Positions 12,925 to 23,021 of a stretch of 64,000 bases of DNA are shown one piece after another. Made by a program: the position numbers and the translations under genes. Under the pieces are notes generated by a model. The model did no database searches and was not told the origin of the DNA. It saw nothing but the letters and a program-made list of their open reading frames with translations. This stretch comes from Candidatus Multivoradales bacterium (GTDB taxonomy: Bacteria; Acidobacteriota; Thermoanaerobaculia; Multivoradales; JAHEKO01), in the NCBI GenBank assembly GCA_965223155.1, contig CBDCVR010000014.1, positions 1,267,881-1,331,880 of the forward strand. Direction: 5' to 3'. The first letter of the stretch is position 1. Each line of letters opens with the position of its first letter.

Positions 12925-14115
12925 ATGCCGATTCCCTCGCCCTTTCACTCCAGGACGTCGAAGCTCTGTACCAGCATGCGCTGGAAGGACTGGGCTGGTC
13001 ACTACGCCGTCTGCTCGTACCGGTCCAGCCACGAGCCCGAGTACCTGGCCTTCCGCCACTCCGCCGGCTTGATCGACGTCTCGCCGCTTTTCAAGTACGA
13101 GGTCTCAGGAACCGACGCCGGCGCCTTCTTGTCGCACTTGACGGTCAAGAACGTTTCCCGGCTGAAGCGGGGCCGGGTGACCTACCTGTGCTGGTGCGAC
13201 GACGACGGCAAGGTGGTGGACGACGGCACCGTAGCGCGCCTCGACCGGCGCCGGTTTCGGGTTACCGCGGCCGAGCCTTCGCTGTCCTGGTTCGAGCGCG
13301 CCGCACGCGGCTTTTCGGTCACGATCGAGGACGTGAGCGAGCGCCTCGCGGCACTCGCCCTCCAGGGACCCCGCGCACGCGCCATCCTGGCTGAGGTCTC
13401 GGACGCCGATCTGGACCGGCTGCGCTTCTTCGCGCTGACCGAGGCCCGGATCGCCGGCTCCGCGGTGACGATCACGCGCACCGGCTACACCGGCGACCTC
13501 GGATACGAGATCTGGATACACGCGGACGACGCCGAGACCGTCTACGACGCTCTTTTCGACGGCGGCCGGGACCATGGATTGGTGCCGGCCGGCCTAGATG
13601 CCCTGGACGTCGCCCGCATCGAGGCCGGCTTCATCATGAACGGCGTCGACTATTTCAGCGCCCACCACTGCCTGACCGACCTCCGCAAGTCTTCGCCCTA
13701 CGAGCTGGGCCTAGGCTGGACGGTCAAGCTCGAGCGCGAGCCGTTCGTGGGCCAGGCCGCTCTTGCCGCCGAGCTCGCTCGGGGACCGGCCCGGCGCCTG
13801 GTGGGTTTGGACGTCAGCTGGACGGAGCTCGAGTCGGTCTTCTCCGGCTACGGGCTGCCGCCGGAGCTGCCCACCCGCGCCTGGCGGGACGGACGGCCGG
13901 TGTACGACCGGGAAGGCCACTGGATCGGCCAGGCCACCAGCGGCACCTGGTCGCCGACCTTGAAAAAGAACCTGGCGCTGGCGCAGGTCGAGCCCGCCCA
14001 GGCCGAACCGGGAACCCGAGTGCGCATCGAGGTCACCGCCGAGTATCGTCGCCATCAAGTCACGGCCACGGTGCTGGATCCGCCGTTCTTCGATCCCGAA
14101 AGGAAGAAGGCATGA
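12925..14115 (+). CDS. Aminomethyltransferase (GcvT-like, folate-binding) family protein
   Basis: GLIDVSPL, GKVVDDGTV, ALQGP, ITRTGYTGDLGYEIW, RIEAG, TSG.WSP.L and PFFDP motifs. No gcvH/gcvP nearby. Confidence 0.9.
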   Translation: MPIPSPFHSRTSKLCTSMRWKDWAGHYAVCSYRSSHEPEYLAFRHSAGLIDVSPLFKYEVSGTDAGAFLSHLTVKNVSRLKRGRVTYLCWCDDDGKVVDDGTVARLDRRRFRVTAAEPSLSWFERAARGFSVTIEDVSERLAALALQGPRARAILAEVSDADLDRLRFFALTEARIAGSAVTITRTGYTGDLGYEIWIHADDAETVYDALFDGGRDHGLVPAGLDALDVARIEAGFIMNGVDYFSAHHCLTDLRKSSPYELGLGWTVKLEREPFVGQAALAAELARGPARRLVGLDVSWTELESVFSGYGLPPELPTRAWRDGRPVYDREGHWIGQATSGTWSPTLKKNLALAQVEPAQAEPGTRVRIEVTAEYRRHQVTATVLDPPFFDPERKKA

Positions 14116-15701
14116 AGCGGGATCCGCTGGACGCGATCGTCATCGGCGGCGGGCACAACGGCCTCATCTGCGCCGCCTACCTGGCCCGGTCCGGGCGCAA
14201 GGTCCTGGTTCTGGAGCGGCGGCATGTGCTGGGCGGCGCGGCGGTTTCGGAAGAGCTCTATCCGGGCTTCAAGTTTTCGGTCTGCTCCTACGTGGTGAGC
14301 CTGCTTCGCCCGGCGATCCTGCGCGACCTCGAGCTCGCCCGCCATGGCCTCGAGATCCTGCCACTGGAGACCGCCTACACGCCGCGCCGGGACGATCCCG
14401 GCCTGTGCCGCTGGTCGGATCCGGCGCGCACGCGGCGCGAGATCGCCCGCTTCAGCCAGCGCGATGCCGAGATCTATCCCGAGTTCGGCCTGACCATGAC
14501 CCGCATGGCCCAGGGCGTGCGCGGCATCATCGATTCGCCGGCCCCCGACCCAACGTCCTGGAACCCCTTCGAGTTGGCCAAGCTCGTCCGCCTGGGACGC
14601 GAGCTCGCCGGCGGCGGCGCCGAGGCCGCGTATCTCCAAATGAAGCTCACCACCATGAGCGCCGTTGATTTCCTGGGCCGCTGGTTCGAGTCCGACGTCC
14701 TCAAGGCGCCGATGGCGGTCAGTGGCATCATCGGCACCTTCCTGGGCGTGCGCTCTCCGGGCACCGCCTACGTTCTGCTCCACCACTACATGGGCGAGAT
14801 CGACGGCGCCTTCCGCTCGTGGGGGTACTCCAAGGGAGGGACCGGCGGCGTCAGCCTGGCCTGCGCCCGGGCTGCCAAGGCCTTCGGCGCCGAGATTCGC
14901 ACCGAGGCGCCGGTCGAAGAAATCTTGATCCAGGACGGCCGCGCCCGCGGCGTGGTTCTGGCTGACGGCGAGGAAATTCGAGCCAAGACCGTGATCTCGA
15001 GCTGCGACCCGCACCGCACCTTCTTCGGCTTTGTCGGCCGGGAGCGTTTGGAGACGGACTTCGTGCGCGATCTCGAGCGCTACAAGCTGCGCGGCTCGTC
15101 CGGCAAGGTCAACCTGGCGGTGGACCGGCTGCCGCGCTTCCCGGGCCGGGAAGGCACCGACTTCCTGCGCGGTGACATCGCCATCGCGCCGAGCATCGAC
15201 TACCTGGAGCGCGCCTACGACGAGGCCAAGTACGGCCGCTTCTCGAGCCGGCCGTACATCAACGTGGTCATCCCTTCAGTGATGGATCCGAGTGTTGCGC
15301 CCCCCGGCAAGCACATCATCTCGATGTTCGTTCAGTACGCTCCCTACGAGCTCGAGGGCGGCGCCCAGGCCTGGCCGGAGGAGCGCGAGGCCTTCGGCGA
15401 TGCCGTGGTCGACACGCTGGCCGAGTACTGTCCCGGGCTCAAGGAGTCGATTCTGTACCGGCAGGTCCTGACGCCCTGGGACCTCGAGCACGAGTTCGGT
15501 TTGACCGAGGGCAACATCTTTCACGGCGAGCTGGGGCTGGATCAGCTCCTCTTCCTGCGGCCGGTGCCGGGTTGGGCACGCTACCGGACGCCGATTCGCA
15601 ACCTCTGGAGTTGCGGCTCCGGCACCCATCCGGGCGGCGGCATCATGGGGGCCCCGGGCCAGCTCGCCGCCGGCTCGCTCCTGGCTTCGGGAGAGCTATG
15701 A
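14112..15701 (+). CDS. FAD-dependent oxidoreductase, phytoene dehydrogenase-like (PYROXD2-type)
   Basis: GGGHNGL..AAYLA dinucleotide fold, GLTEGNIFHG, GSGTHPGGGIMGAPG. ATGA overlap with the upstream gene. Confidence 0.9.
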   Translation: MKRDPLDAIVIGGGHNGLICAAYLARSGRKVLVLERRHVLGGAAVSEELYPGFKFSVCSYVVSLLRPAILRDLELARHGLEILPLETAYTPRRDDPGLCRWSDPARTRREIARFSQRDAEIYPEFGLTMTRMAQGVRGIIDSPAPDPTSWNPFELAKLVRLGRELAGGGAEAAYLQMKLTTMSAVDFLGRWFESDVLKAPMAVSGIIGTFLGVRSPGTAYVLLHHYMGEIDGAFRSWGYSKGGTGGVSLACARAAKAFGAEIRTEAPVEEILIQDGRARGVVLADGEEIRAKTVISSCDPHRTFFGFVGRERLETDFVRDLERYKLRGSSGKVNLAVDRLPRFPGREGTDFLRGDIAIAPSIDYLERAYDEAKYGRFSSRPYINVVIPSVMDPSVAPPGKHIISMFVQYAPYELEGGAQAWPEEREAFGDAVVDTLAEYCPGLKESILYRQVLTPWDLEHEFGLTEGNIFHGELGLDQLLFLRPVPGWARYRTPIRNLWSCGSGTHPGGGIMGAPGQLAAGSLLASGEL

Positions 15702-17275
15702 CCTCGAAGCGCGGTCCGTATGACGCCATCGTCCTTGGCGCCGGCCCCAATGGCCTCGCCGCGGCCACTGTACTCGCCCGCGGCGGCCGGCGTGTCGCCG
15801 TCGTCGAAGGACGCGACGAGCCGGGCGGCCTGGCCGGCCGGCGGGAGTTCGCGTCCGGCTACAGGGTCGACGGCGTTCTCTCGGACGCCAGCCTGGTGCG
15901 TCCCTGGGTCGTCCGCGAGCTCGGCCTCGCCAGGCACGGCCTGGCGTTCCGGGAGCGCCCGCCGGTGCTGGTACCTGGGCTCGACGGTCCCGGAATGGTC
16001 CTCAACGGCCAGGCTCGCACCGTAACCGGCGTCTCCTCCGAGGACGCGCGCCGGTACGGCGACTTCCTGGCCTTCCTCGACCGTCTGCGACCGGTCCTGG
16101 CCGGCTTGCTCGATCGACGCCCGCCGGACCCTCTGGGCGAGGCCCACGGCCTGCCACTGATGGGTGACCTCTTGAGCCTGGCGCGATCGGGCCTGGCGCT
16201 ACGGCGCCTCGGCAAGCGCCAGATGCTGGAGGTACTGCGCGTCACGCCCCTGTCGCTCAGGGACTGGCTGGCCGAGTGGTTCGACTCGGAGAAACTCCGG
16301 GCAGCGCTGGCGGCACCCGGTCTCGAAGCAACCTTCGCCGGTCCCTACTCACCGGGCAGTGTCTTGCCGCTCATGCGCCTCGCGGCCCTGACCGGAAGCG
16401 AGGTCGTGGGGGGACCGGCGGCCGTCATCGATGCCTTGCTTCGAGCCGCCGAATCCGCCGGCGTAACCCTCGAGACCGGCCGGCAGGTCACCCAGATCCT
16501 GGTCCGGGACCGGGTCGTCACCGGCGTCGAGACCGAGGGCGGCGAACCACTTCGAGCGCCACTCGTGCTGGCCACTTGCGACCCTAGACAGACCTTGCTG
16601 AAGCTCCTCCCAGCCAGCGCCATCTCGGGAAGCCTGGCCGGGGAGATCGCCAGCTTTCGGGCGCGCGGCACCACGGCCAAGATCCACCTCGGGCTCGCGG
16701 CCTACCCGGAGATCGCGAGCCGGCCGGGGGAGGTGTTCGAGCGACTGCGCCTCGCCGGAGATTCGGTCGAGGACCTGGAGCGCGCCTCCGACGCCGCGAA
16801 GTACGGCCGGATCTCCGAACGGCCCTGGCTCGAGGTCTCGTTTCCCAGCGTGGCCGACCCGTCGCTCGCTCCGGCGGGCCATCACGTCGCCTCGATCCTC
16901 GTGCATTGGGCGCCGTACGACTTGGGCGGCGGCTGGGACGCGGCAGCGACGAGCCGCCTCTACGAGCTGGCGCTCGAGCGGCTGGCCGAGCACTTGCCCT
17001 CCCTGCGGCAATCGATCGTGGCCTCCGAGGTGCTGACACCGGAGGATCTCGAAGCCGTCTTCGGCCTGACCGGCGGCCATCTGCATCATGGCGAGCACGC
17101 CCTGGACCAGCTTCTGGTGCGTCCAGCGCCGTGCTGCGCCCGCTACGACACACCGGTCCGGGGACTCTTTCTGGGAGGCTCGGGCAGCCATCCCGGCGGC
17201 GGAGTGACCAGCGCTCCGGGCGCCCTCGCCGCCAAGCGAGCCCTCGAGGCGAGCTCGGCGCCTGCCGCCGGCTGA
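15698..17275 (+). CDS. FAD-dependent oxidoreductase, phytoene dehydrogenase-like (paralog 2)
   Basis: GAGPNGLAAA, GLTGGHLHHGE, GSGSHPGGGV. The ATG at 15698 overlaps the previous stop (ATGA). Confidence 0.88.
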   Translation: MTSKRGPYDAIVLGAGPNGLAAATVLARGGRRVAVVEGRDEPGGLAGRREFASGYRVDGVLSDASLVRPWVVRELGLARHGLAFRERPPVLVPGLDGPGMVLNGQARTVTGVSSEDARRYGDFLAFLDRLRPVLAGLLDRRPPDPLGEAHGLPLMGDLLSLARSGLALRRLGKRQMLEVLRVTPLSLRDWLAEWFDSEKLRAALAAPGLEATFAGPYSPGSVLPLMRLAALTGSEVVGGPAAVIDALLRAAESAGVTLETGRQVTQILVRDRVVTGVETEGGEPLRAPLVLATCDPRQTLLKLLPASAISGSLAGEIASFRARGTTAKIHLGLAAYPEIASRPGEVFERLRLAGDSVEDLERASDAAKYGRISERPWLEVSFPSVADPSLAPAGHHVASILVHWAPYDLGGGWDAAATSRLYELALERLAEHLPSLRQSIVASEVLTPEDLEAVFGLTGGHLHHGEHALDQLLVRPAPCCARYDTPVRGLFLGGSGSHPGGGVTSAPGALAAKRALEASSAPAAG

Positions 17276-17506
17276 CGCAACCCGGCCCGGGCCCATCCCG
17301 TCCAAGAGATCGGCCGGAAGAGTCCAAGCACCCGGACGCCGGCACCTTGCCCGCCTTGCGCCACTCCGCGGCGCTCCGGAAAATCTTTCCGAGAGCCGGT
17401 CACCCGATCGTAGCCTCGATCCCGACGGGAAGACCGCGAGGTCGACCACGACTTGGGCCTCCGAGGATCTCTAGAGGATCTTGAGGCCGATGAAAGGACG
17501 AGATCG

Positions 17507-18952
17507 ATGCTACCTGTGACCCGAAACCGACTCCTGGGTCTGGCTCTCCTTGCGCCAAGCCTTTTCGTGCCCGGCCCCGAACCGGTACTCGCCAACGAGC
17601 ATCCTGCCATCCGGGTCAGTCCTGGAAGCATCAACTTCGGTTCCGTCGCCGGCAGCCGCACGCGCCGGGTCACGGTTCGCAACTCGGGCAAGTCTCAGCT
17701 CGAGGTGAACGCCATCGGTCTCTGCGTGGGAACCAGCTCCGAGTTCTCGGTCACCCCCGGCTCGGTTTCGATCGCACCCAAGGGCAAAGCCCGGATCGAC
17801 GTCGGCTACACGCCGGCCGACGCCAGCACCGACAGCGGTTGCTTCGAGCTCGCCAGCAACGATCCCGACCGGCCCGTCGTCACCGTGCCCCTTGCGGGCA
17901 CCGGCCGAACGGCTGAGCCGGATCCCGCCGAGGATCCGCCCAACCTCCGGCTGCGGCCATCGTCGGTAGCCTTCGGCGAGGTCGCCGTGGGCGAGACCGC
18001 GACCCGCAACGTCCGGGTTCGAACGCAAGGACCGGCCGCGGTGGACGGCGTCGTGATCACCCGATGTTTCGGAACCAGCGAGGAATTCGGCTTCCAGCCA
18101 GCCGTGCCTTTCGAGGTCGCACCGGGACCCGGAACCCCGGTCGCGGTGAGCTACTCGCCCACCGACGAGACCATCGACACGGGCTGTCTGGAGTTCGGCA
18201 CCGGCCTCCCCGGTCAGGAGCCCGTGGTCCTGGCGCTCGATGGAACCGGGATCGCTCCGTTTGACGGTGTCGATCTCGACATCGCCAAGTTCAAGGTGCG
18301 CCGCGAGCTCAGGCTCCGCCAGGGACAACGAACGGCCGTCCGCCTCTGGGTCCGGAACGACTCGGACCTAGACGAGCCGCGCGAAGCGACGGTCGTGGGC
18401 GAACAGAACGGGGCGGTGGTCTACAGCCACGACTTGGCCGTCGAGGATCGTCCAGGCAACCGCGGGCTCACCCCGTACCGCCTGCCGGGCTTCCAGCCCA
18501 CCGCCGTCGGAGACATCTTGTGGACGGCAACGATCGACGATGACGCGGCCGACGACGATACGGCGGTGGCCGTGACCCGCGTCGGCCCGGGTCCCCCGCC
18601 CGCGCCCCCGGGTGGCGATCCCTCCCTCGTGGACCTCGACATCGCTCGCTTCAGGGTCTCGGCCACGGCCTCGGTGGGACGGGGCGACGCCGTTCGGCTG
18701 CGCGCCTGGATCCGCAACGCCGGCTTGCTCGACGAGCCGCGCCCGGCCATCCTGATCGGGATGCAGGACGGAGTCGAGGTCTACTCGGAAGCGCTTTCCG
18801 TCGCCGACGCACCGGGCAACTCCGGCTCGACCCTGGTCCGGTTCCCGGCGTACGTGCCGACCGCGCACGGAAACATCCTCTGGATGCTGGTCGTCAACGA
18901 CGACGACCCGGACGTGGACGAAGCGCTGGGCGCGACCCGCGCGGTGCCCTAG
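17507..18952 (+). CDS. Secreted protein with two ASH/choice-of-anchor-D-like Ig domains and two repeated C-terminal beta domains
   Basis: Signal peptide; (I/L)RV.P.S..FG.V..G....R.V.VRN and SNDPDRP..TVPL.GTG motifs. Duplicated C-terminal unit DLDIA.F.V...VRL..W.RN...DEPR.A...ILW...DDD.D.D. Confidence 0.7.
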   Translation: MLPVTRNRLLGLALLAPSLFVPGPEPVLANEHPAIRVSPGSINFGSVAGSRTRRVTVRNSGKSQLEVNAIGLCVGTSSEFSVTPGSVSIAPKGKARIDVGYTPADASTDSGCFELASNDPDRPVVTVPLAGTGRTAEPDPAEDPPNLRLRPSSVAFGEVAVGETATRNVRVRTQGPAAVDGVVITRCFGTSEEFGFQPAVPFEVAPGPGTPVAVSYSPTDETIDTGCLEFGTGLPGQEPVVLALDGTGIAPFDGVDLDIAKFKVRRELRLRQGQRTAVRLWVRNDSDLDEPREATVVGEQNGAVVYSHDLAVEDRPGNRGLTPYRLPGFQPTAVGDILWTATIDDDAADDDTAVAVTRVGPGPPPAPPGGDPSLVDLDIARFRVSATASVGRGDAVRLRAWIRNAGLLDEPRPAILIGMQDGVEVYSEALSVADAPGNSGSTLVRFPAYVPTAHGNILWMLVVNDDDPDVDEALGATRAVP

Positions 18953-19046
18953 CCGGCCACTCGGACAAACCTTCGTCTGGAAGCGCCAACGAGTCGGGCA
19001 ATCTGGGCCGGCGCGTCCGCAGGCCGCGGCACCCCTGGATTTTCGC

Positions 19047-19063
19047 CCGGGCAAAATGCCCGG
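19047..19063. promoter_or_regulatory. Palindrome, candidate enhancer (UAS) for a sigma-54 activator
   Basis: CCGGGCA-AAA-TGCCCGG, about 190 bp upstream of the sigma-54 promoter. Could instead be part of a terminator for the upstream gene. Confidence 0.35.
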
Positions 19064-19244
19064 CAATCCGGGGCCGGAGCTCCGCCGGCCGTTCCTGCCG
19101 AGCCCTTGAGGTTCCGGCCTGGATTCGCAATTCTCGGCGCACCAGAAGGCTAACTACCGCATTTGCCTCAGTTGGAAGAAGCTCGCGGCGACGAACCGGG
19201 AGCGCGCCAATTGGTCCCCAGATCGAAACGTGCACAACCATGCA

Positions 19245-19259
19245 TGGCACTGCCCTTGC
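19245..19259 (+). promoter_or_regulatory. Sigma-54 (-24/-12) promoter
   Basis: TGGCACTGCCCTTGC matches TGGCACnnnnnTTGC exactly, 50 bp before the ATG at 19310. Confidence 0.8.
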
Positions 19260-19309
19260 CCTTCCTCCACATAGAGCGCTAGAGCGACAGCTCCAGAGAT
19301 TTCCGGCCG

Positions 19310-21481
19310 ATGCACTCCACCGCAACAGACCGTCAGCCCCGAATTCTCGTCGTAGATGACGAGATCATGATGCGCATGGTTGCGCTCGAGTCGTTGGGCC
19401 AGGCCGGCTTTGAGGTAGTCGGAGCCGAAAGCGGCCTCGAGGCGGTCAACAAGCTCAACGAGATCGAGCCGGATCTGGTCCTGCTCGACGTCAACATGCC
19501 CCACATGGACGGCTTCGCCACTTGCCGGGCACTCAAGGCGTCGGCGCCGGGAAGCCAGATTCCGGTGATCATGGTCACCGCTCTCGACGATGTCGACTCG
19601 GTGCGCAAGTCGTACGAGGTCGGCGCGACCGATTTCGTGACCAAGCCGCTCAACTGGCTCATCCTGCGCCATCGCATCGACTACGTGCTGCGAGCCAACC
19701 GCGCCGCCGCCGAGCTGCGCAAGAGCCGGGGCCGGCTGGCCAACGCCCAACGAATCGCCCGCCTCGGTTACTGGGAATGGCAAGTGGAACAGGATCGCCT
19801 GAGCTGCTCGGCCGAGATGTGCCGGATCCTGGGAAGCCGGCCGGCGAATCTCTCCGGCAGCTTCGACGACCTCATGAGCCGCGTCCATCCCGAAGACCAA
19901 ACCGGGCTCGCCGAGTACTTTCGAGAGATCCTCGGCTTCGGCGACCCGGGCGGTATCGAGTACCGCATCGTGGGCTCGGACGGCAAGCAGCGCCACGTCG
20001 AGCAGCAGTCCGAGGTGGCCGCGCGCAAGGGCGGACGGGTCGAGACCGTCTCGGCCACGGTCCGGGACATCAGCGAGCGCAAAGACGCCGAGGCGACGAT
20101 TCGCTTCCTGCGCTACAACGAGGCCACCACCGGCCTCCCCAACCGGCGCTCGTTCGTCGAACGACTCGACGCGGTGCTCGAGGGCCGGGAGAAGGCCGGC
20201 GACCAGTGGGCCGTTCTGGTCCTTGGCCTGGACCGCTTCGATCGGCTGAGTGACACGCTCGGCCCGGGAGCCGGCGACGAGCTCCTGCGCCACGTCGCCT
20301 ACCGGCTCCGCAACCATCTACGCTCGGGCATGTCGAACTGGGGCGAGAGCCGCGCCGCGGATATCATCTCCCACTTCGGCTCGGACGAGTTCGCCATCTT
20401 GCTGGCGGACATTCGCGAAGCGCAGGACGTCTCCATCGTGGCCCGGCGCCTGCTCTCGCTCCTGGATACTCCATTGACGCTGGGCGACCACCAGGTGTTC
20501 GTCAAGGCGAGCCTGGGTGTGGCCGTCTACCCCAACGACGGCGCCACTGGCGAGGACCTGGTCAGCAGAGCCCAGGCAGCCCGGCATCATGCCCAGCCGG
20601 GCGCGCCCCACGCGTACCACTTCTACGACGAGACCCTGAACGAGTCGGCTCTGGAGCGCCTCAAGCTCGAGAGCAACCTGGCCGCCGCGATCGAGCGCGA
20701 CGAGTTCGATCTCTTCTACCAGCCCCAGGTCGACATGACCTCGGGTCAGGTACTGGGTGTCGAGGCCCTGATCCGGTGGAACCATCCGGAGCTGGGGCTT
20801 CTGACGCCGTTCCATTTCCTGGACCTGGCCGAGGAAACCGGCCAGATCGTGCCGATTGGAGAGTGGGTGCTGCGCGAGGCCTGCCGCCAGGCTCGCCTCT
20901 GGCGCGACCTCGATCTCTTGCCCGTGCGCGTGTCGGTCAATCTCTCCAGCCGGCAGCTTCTTCAAGAAGACCTGGCCGACAAGGTTGCCGGAATCCTAGA
21001 GGAAACCGACATGCCGCCGCACCTACTCAACCTCGAGCTGACGGAAGGCGCGCTCATGCAGGACTTCGACGAGGCGGCCAAGCGCCTGACCGATCTCAAG
21101 GGTCTGGGCGTCGGGCTATCGGTCGATGACTTCGGCAAGGAGTACTCGTCGCTGAGCCGCCTTGCCCAGTTCCCGCTGGACTGTCTCAAGATCGACAAGT
21201 CGTTCCTCAGGGGTGTTCCGGATAGTCGGGACATGTCCGCCATCGTCGGTGCCATCATCGCCATGGGCGAGAGTCTCGGCCTCGAGGTGTTGGCCGAGGG
21301 CGTCGAGCTCGAGGACCAGGTGGATTTCCTGATCGAGCGCGGCTGCACCCGCTGCCAGGGCTTCCTCTTCGCCAAGCCCATGAGCGCCGAGGACGTAGCG
21401 CCCCTCCTCGAGGCCTCCGGCGCCTCCTCATCGCGCCGCGCCGAAAGCTCCGGTCCGGTGCGTCTGGCCGCCGTCCTCTAA
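19310..21481 (+). CDS. Response regulator REC-PAS-degenerate GGDEF-EAL (probable c-di-GMP phosphodiesterase)
   Basis: REC (LVVDD, LLDVNMP, KP), PAS (G.WEW, VHPED), GGDEF-like with GSDEF, EAL (VEALIRW, LELTE, DDFGKEYSS, LKIDKSF, AEGVE, QGFL). Confidence 0.93.
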   Translation: MHSTATDRQPRILVVDDEIMMRMVALESLGQAGFEVVGAESGLEAVNKLNEIEPDLVLLDVNMPHMDGFATCRALKASAPGSQIPVIMVTALDDVDSVRKSYEVGATDFVTKPLNWLILRHRIDYVLRANRAAAELRKSRGRLANAQRIARLGYWEWQVEQDRLSCSAEMCRILGSRPANLSGSFDDLMSRVHPEDQTGLAEYFREILGFGDPGGIEYRIVGSDGKQRHVEQQSEVAARKGGRVETVSATVRDISERKDAEATIRFLRYNEATTGLPNRRSFVERLDAVLEGREKAGDQWAVLVLGLDRFDRLSDTLGPGAGDELLRHVAYRLRNHLRSGMSNWGESRAADIISHFGSDEFAILLADIREAQDVSIVARRLLSLLDTPLTLGDHQVFVKASLGVAVYPNDGATGEDLVSRAQAARHHAQPGAPHAYHFYDETLNESALERLKLESNLAAAIERDEFDLFYQPQVDMTSGQVLGVEALIRWNHPELGLLTPFHFLDLAEETGQIVPIGEWVLREACRQARLWRDLDLLPVRVSVNLSSRQLLQEDLADKVAGILEETDMPPHLLNLELTEGALMQDFDEAAKRLTDLKGLGVGLSVDDFGKEYSSLSRLAQFPLDCLKIDKSFLRGVPDSRDMSAIVGAIIAMGESLGLEVLAEGVELEDQVDFLIERGCTRCQGFLFAKPMSAEDVAPLLEASGASSSRRAESSGPVRLAAVL

Positions 21482-21648
21482 CGACCCGTCGATAGCCCGC
21501 GATAGGTGCCGCGGCCGCGCTCGCGCCGTGCCCGCTTCCTGCCGGCTGGCCCGGTCTCCGCCGGGCCAGCGGCCGCGGCTTGCCGTGCCGGTCCGTTTCC
21601 GTTTTACACTACGGCCAGCAATCCCGGCGGCCGCCCACACCGGACCTT

Positions 21649-23010
21649 ATGCGCGACATCGAAACCCTGGTCATCGACGACGATCCCCAGATCCAACTGG
21701 CGGTGGAGCTCGCGTTGGAAAACGAGAACTTCAACCTGACCGCCGCCGGCAGTGCCGAAGAAGGCCTCGAGCTGGCGAAGCGTCACCGCTACGAGACCGC
21801 GGTCCTGGACCTTCACCTACCCGGCATGCACGGCTTGGAGCTCCTGGGCCAGCTCAAGGAGATGCCGCAGTCGCCGGAGGTGGTCGTCCTGACCGGCCGG
21901 CCCGACTTGGACACTGCTGTCAAGGCGACCAAGGCAGGCGCATACGACTACCTGTCCAAGCCTTTCGACGCGTTCAAGCTGGCCTCGACCCTCAAGAACG
22001 CTGCGGCCAAGTACCGGCTGAGCCGGGAAAACGCCGTGCTCAAGCACACAGTCGCCAGCCACCGGGCCGACACCGGTGGCCTGGTCGTCGCCGACAGCGA
22101 GCCCATGCGGCGCATCCTCGAAGTGCTGGACCGGGTGGCTCCATCCGACGCCTCGGTGCTGATCCAGGGCGAGACCGGCTGCGGCAAGGGCTTGATGGCC
22201 AAGCTCATTCACGCCCGCAGCACCCGATCCGCTGAGCCTCACCTTCACATCAACTGCAGCGCCCTGTCCGATTCCCTTCTCGAAAGCGAGCTCTTCGGCC
22301 ACGAGAAGGGCTCGTTTACCGGCGCCACCAGCGCCAAGCCCGGCCTCTTCGAGGTCGCCGACGGCGGCACTCTGTTCCTGGACGAGATCGCCGAGACCAG
22401 CGCCGCCATGCAGGCAAAGCTCCTTCAAGTTCTGGACAGCGGTGAGCTCCGCCGCGTAGGCGGGACGTCATTCATCCAGGTGGACGTTCGCATCGTCTCG
22501 GCCACCAACAAGGACTTGGAGCGCGAGATCGCCGAAGGACGATTCCGGCGGGATCTCTTCTTTCGTCTCAATGTGGTCAACCTCCAGTTGCCGCCATTGC
22601 GCGAGCGTCGAGACGACATTCCGGGGCTCGTCAGCCTCTACCTCGAGCGCCACCGACTCCCGGGACAGAAGGTCAAATCGGTGGCCCCCGGGGCAATGGA
22701 ACGCCTCCGCACCCACGCCTGGCCGGGCAACGTGCGCGAGCTCGCCAACGTGGTCGAAGGACTGGTGCTGATGACTCCCGGCGAAACCATCGGCAGTCAG
22801 CATCTGCCGGCGACACTGAGCGACGGGCCGCACAGGGAAGCCGAAACGAGCGACCCCCGGGAGCCCCGCAGCCTGGCCGAAGTCCAGAAGGAGCACCTTA
22901 TCCGGACTCTGCGCTACACGGACGGCAAGAAGGCCCCCGCGGCGAGGCTTCTCGGAATCGACGTCAAGACCCTGTACAACAAGATCAAGGCGTACGAAAT
23001 CGAAGTCTGA
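21649..23010 (+). CDS. Sigma-54-dependent response regulator (NtrC family: REC-AAA+-Fis HTH)
   Basis: [45 protein letters not shown], and C-terminal AARLLGI..KTLY.K. Confidence 0.95.
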   Translation: MRDIETLVIDDDPQIQLAVELALENENFNLTAAGSAEEGLELAKRHRYETAVLDLHLPGMHGLELLGQLKEMPQSPEVVVLTGRPDLDTAVKATKAGAYDYLSKPFDAFKLASTLKNAAAKYRLSRENAVLKHTVASHRADTGGLVVADSEPMRRILEVLDRVAPSDASVLIQGETGCGKGLMAKLIHARSTRSAEPHLHINCSALSDSLLESELFGHEKGSFTGATSAKPGLFEVADGGTLFLDEIAETSAAMQAKLLQVLDSGELRRVGGTSFIQVDVRIVSATNKDLEREIAEGRFRRDLFFRLNVVNLQLPPLRERRDDIPGLVSLYLERHRLPGQKVKSVAPGAMERLRTHAWPGNVRELANVVEGLVLMTPGETIGSQHLPATLSDGPHREAETSDPREPRSLAEVQKEHLIRTLRYTDGKKAPAARLLGIDVKTLYNKIKAYEIEV

Positions 23011-23021
23011 GTCCCGGCGAG

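Noticed and set aside
17340-17391. Possible third sigma-54 promoter/enhancer (CGGCAC...GC; CGGAAAATCTTTCCG) upstream of the secreted Ig protein
   Set aside because: The -12 element lacks TTGC and the palindrome lies downstream of it; too weak to call.
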